NCBI GenBank assembly: GCA_031265635.1
Contig: JAISCK010000033.1
Location: 1 to 41,096 of the forward strand
Direction of reading: 5' to 3'
Source: Spirochaetaceae bacterium
GTDB taxonomy: Bacteria; Spirochaetota; Spirochaetia; Treponematales; Breznakiellaceae
DNA: 41,096 nt
The translations under genes were made by a program, and so were the position numbers. Within the stretch, counting starts at the first letter, position 1; every line of letters starts with the position of its first letter. Shown in pieces: positions 17,677 to 24,738 of this stretch. The notes under the pieces are model-generated. The model had not been told where the DNA came from, made no database searches, and worked only from the letters and a program-made list of their open reading frames with translations.

Positions 17677-19052
17677 TACACGCGCTCCTTCAACAAGTCC
17701 GTAAGGGTCTTGTAAACATCATCGTTATAAAAACCGCTTTTATAACAGCTAATCCATTTTTCCACCGCAGAGTCAGGAAGAACAGAGGCGGTCAGATAGC
17801 GGAATTTTTCGATTAATTCATCCCTGGAAGGCGGCGATTCAGGGGACCAGGGCTGCGTCCGGCACGCGGTACATTTTTGCCCGTTTTGCAGCACGGCTTC
17901 GACCTCCACCGAATAGGGCGAAGGCGCCTTGTCCGCGCCGGGCCTCACCTGTATCCGTGACACCAGTTCCCCAAGGTCCTTTCTGGAACGCATACTAACG
18001 CCGTATTCCTCAAGGGTAAGTTTTCCCGCGATAAGCGCCGCGCCCAGGGTGTACGGGAGGCTGTACTGACAGGCCGTCTTTGCGTCAAAGCCCTCATGGG
18101 TATTGTACATGGCGAGGAAGGACGGGCCGTAAACAGTGATCTCCCTTACACTGCCGGGGGAGAATCCGTATTGTTCCCGTAAAGCGAGAAGCGCCGCCAC
18201 AGGCGCGTGAAACCAGCGATTGCAGGGATAGGGCTTAAAATAAGTCTCCATTATCGAAAAACGGCGGCCAAGACCGTCAAGCATAGCGTTACAGTCAGCG
18301 GCGCCGGGGGGCGGCAGTCCCAGCGCTGCGGCGAAACCGCAGGGGTCTTCAAGAACGCCGGAATCGCCCCGCAGATTAAGAAGCGAAAACCTGACGGCGT
18401 TTATGCCGAGATAGTTGGGCCATCCCGAATAAAGGGATTTCCCCCCGGCCCCCGAAATGCCTGTTGAATAAGTCCCCTGGGGAAAGAGCCCCGCGAGGGA
18501 CAGCGCGCCGGCGATTACCCCGGCATCAAGACCCGCCGCCTTGCCGTAGGCGGTAACAGCGGCGAAGGCTCCCATAACGCAGGGAAAATGTACGCTTCTG
18601 TTCAAAAGGCGGGGAGAAAAAAAACGGCTGATTCTGGTGCCTGTCTCATAGGCGGCGACGATAGCGCATATCAGTGTTTTGCCGTTACCGTTGTGCATGA
18701 CATTAGAAAAGTACGCCGCCGGTATGGAAGCGCTGCCCCAATGCCCGGCCAGGGAAACGCCGTCATCATATTCAAGCTCATAACCCAGGCAGCCGGTGAG
18801 CAGCGCCGCTTCGGCAACGCCGCATTGTATGCCAAGCCCCCAGACCGTTACATCGGGACTGGGATTTATCGCCGCGAGTTTAGCGGGGAAGGCGGGATCG
18901 TCAAGGTATTTGAGGGCGCCAAAATAACAACCCGCGAAATCAAAAAAACAGTCGCATGCCTTTTGGACAAGCTCTCCGGGGAGAGCGGAAAAATCGAGCT
19001 TCTCCGCAAAAAGAGCCAGCCGGTCAAGTACCGTATTTCCTGAATCCTTCAC
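17676..19052 (-). CDS. MmgE/PrpD family protein, copy 2
   Basis: 458 aa, with the same family pattern as 8490-9839 (FDFAGCYFGA near the N-terminus). GTG start at 19052. First gene of the operon. Confidence 0.8.
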   Translation of the reverse strand: MKDSGNTVLDRLALFAEKLDFSALPGELVQKACDCFFDFAGCYFGALKYLDDPAFPAKLAAINPSPDVTVWGLGIQCGVAEAALLTGCLGYELEYDDGVSLAGHWGSASIPAAYFSNVMHNGNGKTLICAIVAAYETGTRISRFFSPRLLNRSVHFPCVMGAFAAVTAYGKAAGLDAGVIAGALSLAGLFPQGTYSTGISGAGGKSLYSGWPNYLGINAVRFSLLNLRGDSGVLEDPCGFAAALGLPPPGAADCNAMLDGLGRRFSIMETYFKPYPCNRWFHAPVAALLALREQYGFSPGSVREITVYGPSFLAMYNTHEGFDAKTACQYSLPYTLGAALIAGKLTLEEYGVSMRSRKDLGELVSRIQVRPGADKAPSPYSVEVEAVLQNGQKCTACRTQPWSPESPPSRDELIEKFRYLTASVLPDSAVEKWISCYKSGFYNDDVYKTLTDLLKERV

Positions 19053-19066
19053 CCTGTTCCCCGCAA

Positions 19067-19082
19067 TGATATAACGTTTTCA
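19067..19082. promoter_or_regulatory. Operator-like site 1 (tgatATAACGTTTTCa, reverse complement of the GAAAACGTTAT core)
   Basis: One of three exact copies of an 11 nt core with a central CG. It lies about +8 to +23 relative to the predicted minus-strand promoter. Confidence 0.55.
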
Positions 19083-19096
19083 AAAAAGCAGATAAA

Positions 19097-19125
19097 AGTA
19101 TATAGCGCGCAGATTTTTTTGTCAA
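19097..19125 (-). promoter_or_regulatory. Sigma70-like promoter of the nine-gene minus-strand operon
   Basis: On the minus strand: TTGACA (19125-19120), 17 nt spacer, TATACT (19102-19097). Confidence 0.55.
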
Positions 19126-19150
19126 CGGCATGATATTTTTTTATAAAATA

Positions 19151-19166
19151 AGAAAACGTTATATTG
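19151..19166. promoter_or_regulatory. Operator-like site 2 (aGAAAACGTTATattg)
   Basis: Second exact copy of the core, located between the two divergent -35 elements. Confidence 0.55.
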
Positions 19167-19207
19167 ATGAAAAAATCGAAAAAAAGATAATAACGCAAAA
19201 TTTGTCA

Positions 19208-19236
19208 TTGATATACGGTAATAATACCTGTATACT
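19208..19236 (+). promoter_or_regulatory. Sigma70-like promoter of the divergent permease gene
   Basis: TTGATA (19208-19213), 17 nt spacer, TATACT (19231-19236). Confidence 0.5.
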
Positions 19237-19265
19237 GGGATAAAATATGATTATTCAAATAGTAA

Positions 19266-19281
19266 AGAAAACGTTATCACA
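19266..19281. promoter_or_regulatory. Operator-like site 3 (aGAAAACGTTATcaca)
   Basis: Third exact copy of the core, about +23 to +38 of the plus-strand promoter and upstream of the 19306 start. Confidence 0.55.
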
Positions 19282-19305
19282 TTTCGTTGTACAGGCGGGA
19301 AAACA

Positions 19306-20682
19306 GTGGCGCATAGCAAGGACATGCTAAGACGGCGGGGGTTCAGGTTTTTTTTAAGCCTGGTTTTTCCCTGCCTGATACTGATCGTGAGGCCGTTTCA
19401 TATACGCTTTGACCAGGCAATGGTGCTGGCCTCCCTTGTGCTTGTCGTTACCTGGTGGTCCTCCGGAATTACCGGGAAAATACCCGCTTCCTGTTTCCTG
19501 CTTGGCGCATTTGCCTGTTTTGGTTCAGCCCCCCTCAGAACGGTTTTTTCCTTTCCATTATCTGAGAATTTCTATCTTATCTGTTTTTCGTATCTCTTTT
19601 CCCAGGGCATAAAAAAATCAGGTTTTGCCGAAAAAACCCTGGAACCCCTTTTGCTCCGTTATGTAAATACTTCCTTTAAGGTTCTTGTTTCGGTCTTCCT
19701 TGTTTTAGCGGTAACTATACCGGTGATCCCCCAGCCCCTGGCCCGGCTCATCATTGTCGCCGAAATATACCGTAATTATCTTGAAAAAACCGGCGCGTCA
19801 GGACCGCAGAAGGATTTTTTGCTTTTTGCCGTTTTTCAGGTATACGCGATTGTCAACGGCGTTTCCATAAACGCGGATATAATATTGAATACATCTGCCG
19901 TGGGATTCTCCGGCCTTGCGCTCACCAACGCGCAATGGATACGCGGCATGGCCCTCCCTACGGCGGTTTTCTGCGTTCTTACCATAGCCATGCTTGGCCT
20001 GTTTGAGCGTTTCATGGTGCGCGGGCCCGTTCTCCGCGTCAGGGAAGAAAAGAAAACAGCGACAGCGCCTTTAGGAAAAAAAGACCGCGCCGCTTTTCTC
20101 CTGATAGGCATAACGGTGCTTTTCTGGATAAGCGGTCCCCTTCACCATATAAACCACACGCTGATAACCATTACCGGAGTTTTGCTGATGTTTGTTTTCG
20201 GTATTTTGAAATTTGAAGATCTCAAAGCCATAGATATCAGTACCATGGTCTTTCTTAGCGCCGCCTTCGCCATAGGCGGCGTTATGAAGTCAAGCGGCAT
20301 AGCCGACGTGGTTTTTTCCCGCGTCGAAAGCGTATTCCCGCCTGAATATTCGGCCCTGTATATCCTGGTCATAATCTTCGTTACCATGGGCATGCATATA
20401 TTTCTGGGAAGCAATACCACAACCATGTCGGTGGTTCTTCCGCCGCTCCTGATGATATGCGGAAAAAAGCTGCCCGGAGAAGCCGTACTGTATATTGTGT
20501 ATGTAAGCCTCATGGCCCATTATCTTTTGCCCTTTCATTCCGTGGCCATGATGATAGGCGCGGGAAATAATTACTTTCCCGCCAGACTGGTGAGCCGTAT
20601 GGGAATACCCGCCATGCTGCTCATATTTTTTGTTATTTTCTTTGTCTTTCTGCCCTGGTGGCGTTTCATCGGGCTCCTCTAA
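19306..20682 (+). CDS. DASS/ArsB-like anion permease (ion-transporter superfamily; di/tricarboxylate or similar)
   Basis: 458 aa polytopic protein with a central charged loop. It has a GSNTTTM hairpin-tip motif (SNT-type, as in DASS carriers) and a degenerate first copy (LNTSA). GTG start at 19306; an ATG at 19324 is an alternative. Confidence 0.7.
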   Translation: MAHSKDMLRRRGFRFFLSLVFPCLILIVRPFHIRFDQAMVLASLVLVVTWWSSGITGKIPASCFLLGAFACFGSAPLRTVFSFPLSENFYLICFSYLFSQGIKKSGFAEKTLEPLLLRYVNTSFKVLVSVFLVLAVTIPVIPQPLARLIIVAEIYRNYLEKTGASGPQKDFLLFAVFQVYAIVNGVSINADIILNTSAVGFSGLALTNAQWIRGMALPTAVFCVLTIAMLGLFERFMVRGPVLRVREEKKTATAPLGKKDRAAFLLIGITVLFWISGPLHHINHTLITITGVLLMFVFGILKFEDLKAIDISTMVFLSAAFAIGGVMKSSGIADVVFSRVESVFPPEYSALYILVIIFVTMGMHIFLGSNTTTMSVVLPPLLMICGKKLPGEAVLYIVYVSLMAHYLLPFHSVAMMIGAGNNYFPARLVSRMGIPAMLLIFFVIFFVFLPWWRFIGLL

Positions 20683-20713
20683 AATCCTGTGGCAGCAATT
20701 CTCTGTCTCAACC

Positions 20714-20753
20714 AAAAAATCCGTCAAATTAGAGATAATTTGACGGATTTTTT
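20714..20753. terminator. Bidirectional rho-independent terminator
   Basis: Perfect 17 bp inverted repeat aaaaaatccgtcaaatt / aatttgacggatttttt with a 6 nt loop. The A-run and T-run give a U-tail on either strand. It lies 31 nt after the permease stop. Confidence 0.7.
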
Positions 20754-20772
20754 CTTCTGATTTCCCCTGGTT

Positions 20773-20947
20773 AGCCAGTAATGCTCTGTTTTTGCTCACC
20801 TTGCGAAAGGACGCTAAACGATTGCAGAGAGGGGTGGCAGGGGGAAAAGCGCCCTCCGCAAGGAGGGCCTTTACCCCCTGACAGGACCCCTGAAACGTTC
20901 CTGTGGTGTCCTTTCGCTTTGTTGGGGTAAACTGAGAATTACTGGCT
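20773..20947. ncRNA. Candidate structured RNA: 175 nt imperfect rod-like hairpin (6S-RNA-like architecture; identity unproven)
   Basis: Five nested helices: 20773-82/20938-47, 20803-12/20908-17, 20830-35/20886-91, 20838-44/20874-80, and 20851-57/20862-68 capped by a GCAA tetraloop. The intervening segments pair partially. No credible ORF. Confidence 0.4.
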
Positions 20948-20960
20948 TTGTTCGGCCGCA

Positions 20961-20990
20961 TTTACTTTCCGGCTCCCTCCGGTGTATACT
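20961..20990 (+). promoter_or_regulatory. Possible plsC promoter
   Basis: TTTACT, 18 nt spacer, TATACT. If real, it excludes the track start at 20995. Confidence 0.3.
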
Positions 20991-21084
20991 GGATGTGTTC
21001 ACGTGTTCGGCAGCCCGGTTGGTTGTCAAACATGTCCTGTTCTGCAATGTGAAATCGGCTCTGCTGAAAGCCGGGGAGCGTATT

Positions 21085-21837
21085 GTGTGTAAGACCGTAC
21101 TGGTGTTTATCTATGTTGTCCTCTCCATGATCGCGGTAACGCCCATAGGAATAGCCGCGGCCATTTTAAGCCTTCCGGGACTCAAGAAGCCCATGTCCGT
21201 TATTGTCAGCCTCACGGCCCGCGCCTGGGCCTGGTCCATCATCGCGTTAAGCGGCTGCAAACTCAGCGTACAGGGCCGGGAGAACATCCCCGCCTCAGGA
21301 GGCGTCTGTTTTGTAAGCAACCATGTGGGAATTTTCGACATAGTCCTGGCCCTGGCCCTGTTTAAGCGGCCCTTCGGCTTTATCGCCAAAAGGGAACTGT
21401 TCTTTATACCCCTGCTGAATATGTGGATATGGCTTTTGGGCGGCCTTTTCATCGACAGGAAAAACATACGCAAGGCGGTCCGTACCATTACTACCGGCAT
21501 CAGCCGGATCAAAGACGGCAGCGCCATGATCATTTTCCCCGAAGGAACCAGGAGCAAGGGCAGGGGGCTCCAGCCCTTCAAGGCCGGCTCCTTCAAACTC
21601 GCCACCCAGTCAGGCGCGGTCATAGTCCCCGTAGCCATAAGCGGCAGCTACGACGTATTTGAAAAAAACTACCGCGTCGCTTCGGTCCCGGTACAGGTGG
21701 TCTTTTCTCCGGTGATCGAAACCGCCGGCCTCTCCCCTGAAGAAAGAAAGCAGCGGCTTTCCGCCCAGGTCTACGCGGTCATCGAAAACGCGTTGCGGCA
21801 GCCCCGCCCGGAACCTCTTCCAAACCCCGCCCGATAA
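21085..21837 (+). CDS. plsC: 1-acyl-sn-glycerol-3-phosphate acyltransferase
   Basis: Acyltransferase motifs NHVGIFD (HX4D) and FPEGTRS, plus an N-terminal TM helix. The start is uncertain: GTG 21085 with GGGGAG upstream, ATG 21127, or the track start 20995. Confidence 0.8.
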   Translation: MCKTVLVFIYVVLSMIAVTPIGIAAAILSLPGLKKPMSVIVSLTARAWAWSIIALSGCKLSVQGRENIPASGGVCFVSNHVGIFDIVLALALFKRPFGFIAKRELFFIPLLNMWIWLLGGLFIDRKNIRKAVRTITTGISRIKDGSAMIIFPEGTRSKGRGLQPFKAGSFKLATQSGAVIVPVAISGSYDVFEKNYRVASVPVQVVFSPVIETAGLSPEERKQRLSAQVYAVIENALRQPRPEPLPNPAR

Positions 21838-22006
21838 AGGCATGCGAGCAGGTGCGAAGCATGTCCCGGCGCTAATGCGGCAACTCTCTCGCGCAAGTGA
21901 GTTCTTGGAGTTACATAAAATCCCCTGTATGCCATTGTGCCTCGAAGGGCCGCCCCTCCGGTGCAGCCTGAGGTCTGCGCCTATCCCCTGTAGAAGACCC
22001 CCGGCC

Positions 22007-22036
22007 TTGACAAGCTCCCTGAGAGCCGGATAAGGT
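22007..22036 (+). promoter_or_regulatory. Possible tRNA-Val promoter
   Basis: TTGACA (22007-22012), 18 nt spacer, TAAGGT (22031-22036). It ends 8 nt before the mature tRNA 5' end. Confidence 0.4.
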
Positions 22037-22044
22037 ATACGGAC

Positions 22045-22118
22045 GGGCGCGTAGCTCAGCTGGTTAGAGCGCCACGTTTACACCGTGGATGTCCGGGGTT
22101 CGAATCCCTGCGCGCCCA
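22045..22118 (+). tRNA. tRNA-Val (anticodon UAC)
   Basis: The cloverleaf folds by hand. Acceptor GGGCGCG/CGCGCCC, D-arm GCTC/GAGC, anticodon stem CCACG/CGTGG with loop TTTACAC, T-arm CGGGG-TTCGAAT-CCCTG, discriminator A. CCA is not encoded. Confidence 0.95.
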
Positions 22119-22144
22119 GAAAATTTATTCCCAAACATTAAATG

Positions 22145-22166
22145 CAGGGATTCGAACCGGAGTGCC
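22145..22166 (-). repeat. Inverted tRNA T-arm-like fragment, copy A (cagggattcgaaccggagtgcc)
   Basis: Its reverse complement ccggttcgaatccctg resembles the tRNA-Val T-arm with two G deleted. It is identical to 22342-22363. Confidence 0.7.
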
Positions 22167-22260
22167 GTGCCCGAGCAGGGCGAGGGATGCGGCGCACGGA
22201 CGCGCCGCAAGGCACGAAGGCGGGCTGGAGGAAGCGGACAGGAAGTCCGCGCCCGGAAGC

Positions 22261-22278
22261 CGAATCCCTGCGCGCCCA
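22261..22278 (+). repeat. Direct 18 nt duplicate of the tRNA-Val 3' end (cgaatccctgcgcgccca)
   Basis: Exact match to 22101-22118, lying 160 bp downstream. This is att-site-like. Confidence 0.8.
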
Positions 22279-22341
22279 AAGCGATCATGCACAGCCGCAT
22301 ATTTCTTAAAACAAGAATGAGTTCTTGGAAAGCCGCCAATA

Positions 22342-22363
22342 CAGGGATTCGAACCGGAGTGCC
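22342..22363 (-). repeat. Inverted tRNA T-arm-like fragment, copy B
   Basis: Exact 22 nt repeat of 22145-22166, with the preceding aat also shared. Confidence 0.7.
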
Positions 22364-22448
22364 AATCCCCATGGTTGGGCATTAGACAGTTCGGTTCGAA
22401 TGAAACCTGGGGCAGATCTAAAATTTTTGTGTTTTTCCTCGTGTTGTA

Positions 22449-22478
22449 TTGACAGGTAAAAAGCTCTGGGGGTAAACT
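22449..22478 (+). promoter_or_regulatory. Possible promoter of the first flavin reductase gene
   Basis: TTGACA (22449-22454), 18 nt spacer, TAAACT (22473-22478). Confidence 0.3.
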
Positions 22479-22545
22479 TTTTCCCACAGTAACTTTTCGG
22501 TCAGTCTTAAGACTTGTGGGGCTGAAAAAAACAGGAGGCGAGGTG

Positions 22546-24444
22546 ATGAAGCGTGTATTTAATATCTTGGTAATAACTCTTATTCTTGCGGAGTTGTTGT
22601 TTTCTTGTACTTCTTCTCAATCGACGCAGCCGGGAAAGAATTCTTTTAAGGCCGGCGCCTATATGGCTACTGCTAATGGGCATAACGGACCCTTGACAGT
22701 GGAAACAACCTTTAGCGATACCGCTATTCTGGATGTTAAAATTGTGAGTCAAATGGAAACCCCCGGAGTACAGCAGGTTATCAATATAGTTCCTCAGGCC
22801 ATTGTGGCCCAGCAATCCTTGGCTGTGGATACTGTTACTGGGGCGTCCTTTTGTGGCCGGGCGGTTATTGCCGCGGTAACTGATTGTGTTATCCAGGCTG
22901 GCGGTGATGTGGAGTTACTGAACCGGAAGCTAGAAAAACAGCCGGCAAGAGATCAAAGCTATGAAGCGGATGTTGTTATCATCGGTGCCGGAGGTGCAGG
23001 TCTGGCGGCGGCTGTCTCGGCCCATCAGAATGGAGCCTCGGTAATAGTCCTTGAAAAACTAGGTTTGGTCGGCGGTAGTACTATCTTCTCAGGAGGAGCC
23101 TATAACGCGGCCGATCCTGAACAGGAAGCCCAAATCAGGATGACTGCCAATAACAGGGCGGCTGTTCAGGAACTTCTTAATAAACAACCCTACGACGGGT
23201 TCGAGGCGGATCTGCAGAAAAACGTTTCGGAACAATTTGCCGCACACCAGGCTTCGGGGGCAACAGGGTTATTTGACAGCCCTGAATGGCATATGCTCCA
23301 GACTTATAATGGCGGTGATTATGAGGGGATACCTGAACTTATTCAGGTGCTTTGCCAAAATTCCCTGGACAATTATCGGTGGATGGCCAGTTTGGGGGCC
23401 GGCTGGTCCGAAACCTTGGGGGCCGCTACGGGTTCTCTCTGGCAGCGTAGTCATTATGGGACCAATGATTTTCCCGAAGGAGCCCACTCGGTGATACCCT
23501 ATAAAAATTATATTGATAACAACAATGGAGTGGATATTCACTTTGATACAAGGGCAACCGATCTTATCACCAGAAACGGCCGGGTTGTGGGGGTCAAGGC
23601 TGTGCGGAATGGGGCTGTTATGACATATACTGCCCGGAAGGGGCTTGTCATGGCCACGGGTGGTTTCGGTGCCAATATAGAGATGCGTCAACAATACAAT
23701 ATTCTCTGGGATAATTTGGACAGTAATATAGGGAGTTCCGGCCAACGGCCTGCCGCCCAAGGCGATGGGATTATTATGGGCCAGGCAGTGGGCGCTCAAT
23801 TGGAAGATATGGGACTTATTCAATTGCATCCTAGTGGCGAACTTGGTACAGGGCTGATGAACGGCGACCCCCGGACTTCCGGTCTGAATCGGATTTTTGT
23901 AAATAACGAAGGAAATCGTTTTGTCGCCGAAGATGCCCGCCGGGACGATATGATCAGGGCTATTTATAGGCAACCCGGCAGTTTCATGTGGGTAGTGGCC
24001 GACGCGACCAGATATGACCCCGACAAAGACCCCATGAAACGGGAGGTGGAGATGGGTAAGACCTTGCAGGGCGCTACTATTGAGGAATTAGCTCAGAAAA
24101 TGGGCGCTGATCCGGCGAATCTTCAAAAAGCCTTTGATGATTATAATGCCGGAGTTGACGGCGCCCCTGATCCTCTGGGACTGCGTACTTATGGTAGAAA
24201 AATGGGTAACCCGCCGTTCTATGCGGCCAAGCGGGCTCCCACAGTACATCATACTATGGGCGGCCTTAGGATAGACGCTCAGGCACGGGTACTTGGCGTG
24301 GATAATAGACCCATACCGGGATTTTATGCTGCCGGAGAAGTAACCGGCGGAGTCCATGGGGCGAATCGTCTTGGTGGAAATGCTTTGGCTGACATCAGTG
24401 TATATGGCAAAATTGCTGGACAGAACGCGGCACAGTCAAATTAA
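22546..24444 (+). CDS. Periplasmic lipoprotein flavin reductase, paralog 1: FMN_bind domain plus flavocytochrome-c / soluble fumarate-reductase-type FAD domain (UrdA-like)
   Basis: Lipobox LLFSC. Flavinylation-type motif DTVTGAS (Thr codon 22837-22839). FAD motif VVIIGAGGAGLAAA. C-terminal HHTMGGLRID and GANRLGGNA. AGGAGG lies 7 nt before the ATG at 22546. Confidence 0.85.
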   Translation: MKRVFNILVITLILAELLFSCTSSQSTQPGKNSFKAGAYMATANGHNGPLTVETTFSDTAILDVKIVSQMETPGVQQVINIVPQAIVAQQSLAVDTVTGASFCGRAVIAAVTDCVIQAGGDVELLNRKLEKQPARDQSYEADVVIIGAGGAGLAAAVSAHQNGASVIVLEKLGLVGGSTIFSGGAYNAADPEQEAQIRMTANNRAAVQELLNKQPYDGFEADLQKNVSEQFAAHQASGATGLFDSPEWHMLQTYNGGDYEGIPELIQVLCQNSLDNYRWMASLGAGWSETLGAATGSLWQRSHYGTNDFPEGAHSVIPYKNYIDNNNGVDIHFDTRATDLITRNGRVVGVKAVRNGAVMTYTARKGLVMATGGFGANIEMRQQYNILWDNLDSNIGSSGQRPAAQGDGIIMGQAVGAQLEDMGLIQLHPSGELGTGLMNGDPRTSGLNRIFVNNEGNRFVAEDARRDDMIRAIYRQPGSFMWVVADATRYDPDKDPMKREVEMGKTLQGATIEELAQKMGADPANLQKAFDDYNAGVDGAPDPLGLRTYGRKMGNPPFYAAKRAPTVHHTMGGLRIDAQARVLGVDNRPIPGFYAAGEVTGGVHGANRLGGNALADISVYGKIAGQNAAQSN

Positions 24445-24452
24445 AGATCAGC

Positions 24453-24490
24453 GTGGAAATAACATGATCGGAAGGTCATGTTATTTCCAC
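24453..24490 (+). terminator. Long hairpin after reductase paralog 1 (possible terminator or processing site)
   Basis: 15 bp perfect stem gtggaaataacatga / tcatgttatttccac, extendable to 17 bp, with a GGAA loop. No U-run follows. Confidence 0.4.
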
Positions 24491-24624
24491 ATCGTGCGAA
24501 ATAGCCTCTCCGATCAGTGTTTTTAGTGCTTCCATAATAAGTCTTTTCGAAATCCCTGTTTCTTACTGTCATCTAAAGTTGTTCTCTCAAAACTGAAATT
24601 TTAAAAAGCCTCTTATTGATAAAT

Positions 24625-24652
24625 TTGATAAATTTTGGGTTTCTATTATAGT
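24625..24652 (+). promoter_or_regulatory. Possible promoter of reductase paralog 2
   Basis: TTGATA (24625-24630, the second unit of a tandem ttgataaat repeat), 16 nt spacer, TATAGT (24647-24652). An alternative TATAAT lies at 24667-24672. Confidence 0.3.
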
Positions 24653-24738
24653 TAATACAGGAATTTTATAATTTCTTTTGGTACATTCGCCATAAATTGG
24701 TACAAAGTACCGGAGAAGGTTATTTTCAGGAGGAAGGA

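Noticed and set aside
22119-22410. Possible additional tRNA genes or a tmRNA suggested by several GGTTCGAAT-like T-loop motifs.
   Set aside because: I tried to fold each one. The T-stems do not pair (for example tccgg versus ccctg), and no matching acceptor, D or anticodon arms exist. They are fragments, not genes.
22064-22487. Three overlapping ORFs of about 100 aa (22064-22372 minus, 22089-22385 plus, 22125-22487 minus) downstream of the tRNA.
   Set aside because: They overlap the tRNA gene and each other, run through the tRNA-fragment repeats and GC-rich hairpins, and encode Arg/Ala/Pro-rich low-complexity sequence. I treat the region as non-coding repeat/scar.
22503-22514. A perfect 12 bp palindrome agtcttaagact between the promoter and RBS of reductase paralog 1, considered as a possible operator.
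   Set aside because: Roughly ten perfect 12 bp palindromes are expected by chance in 41 kb. It occurs once and has no partner site. I kept it only as a note.
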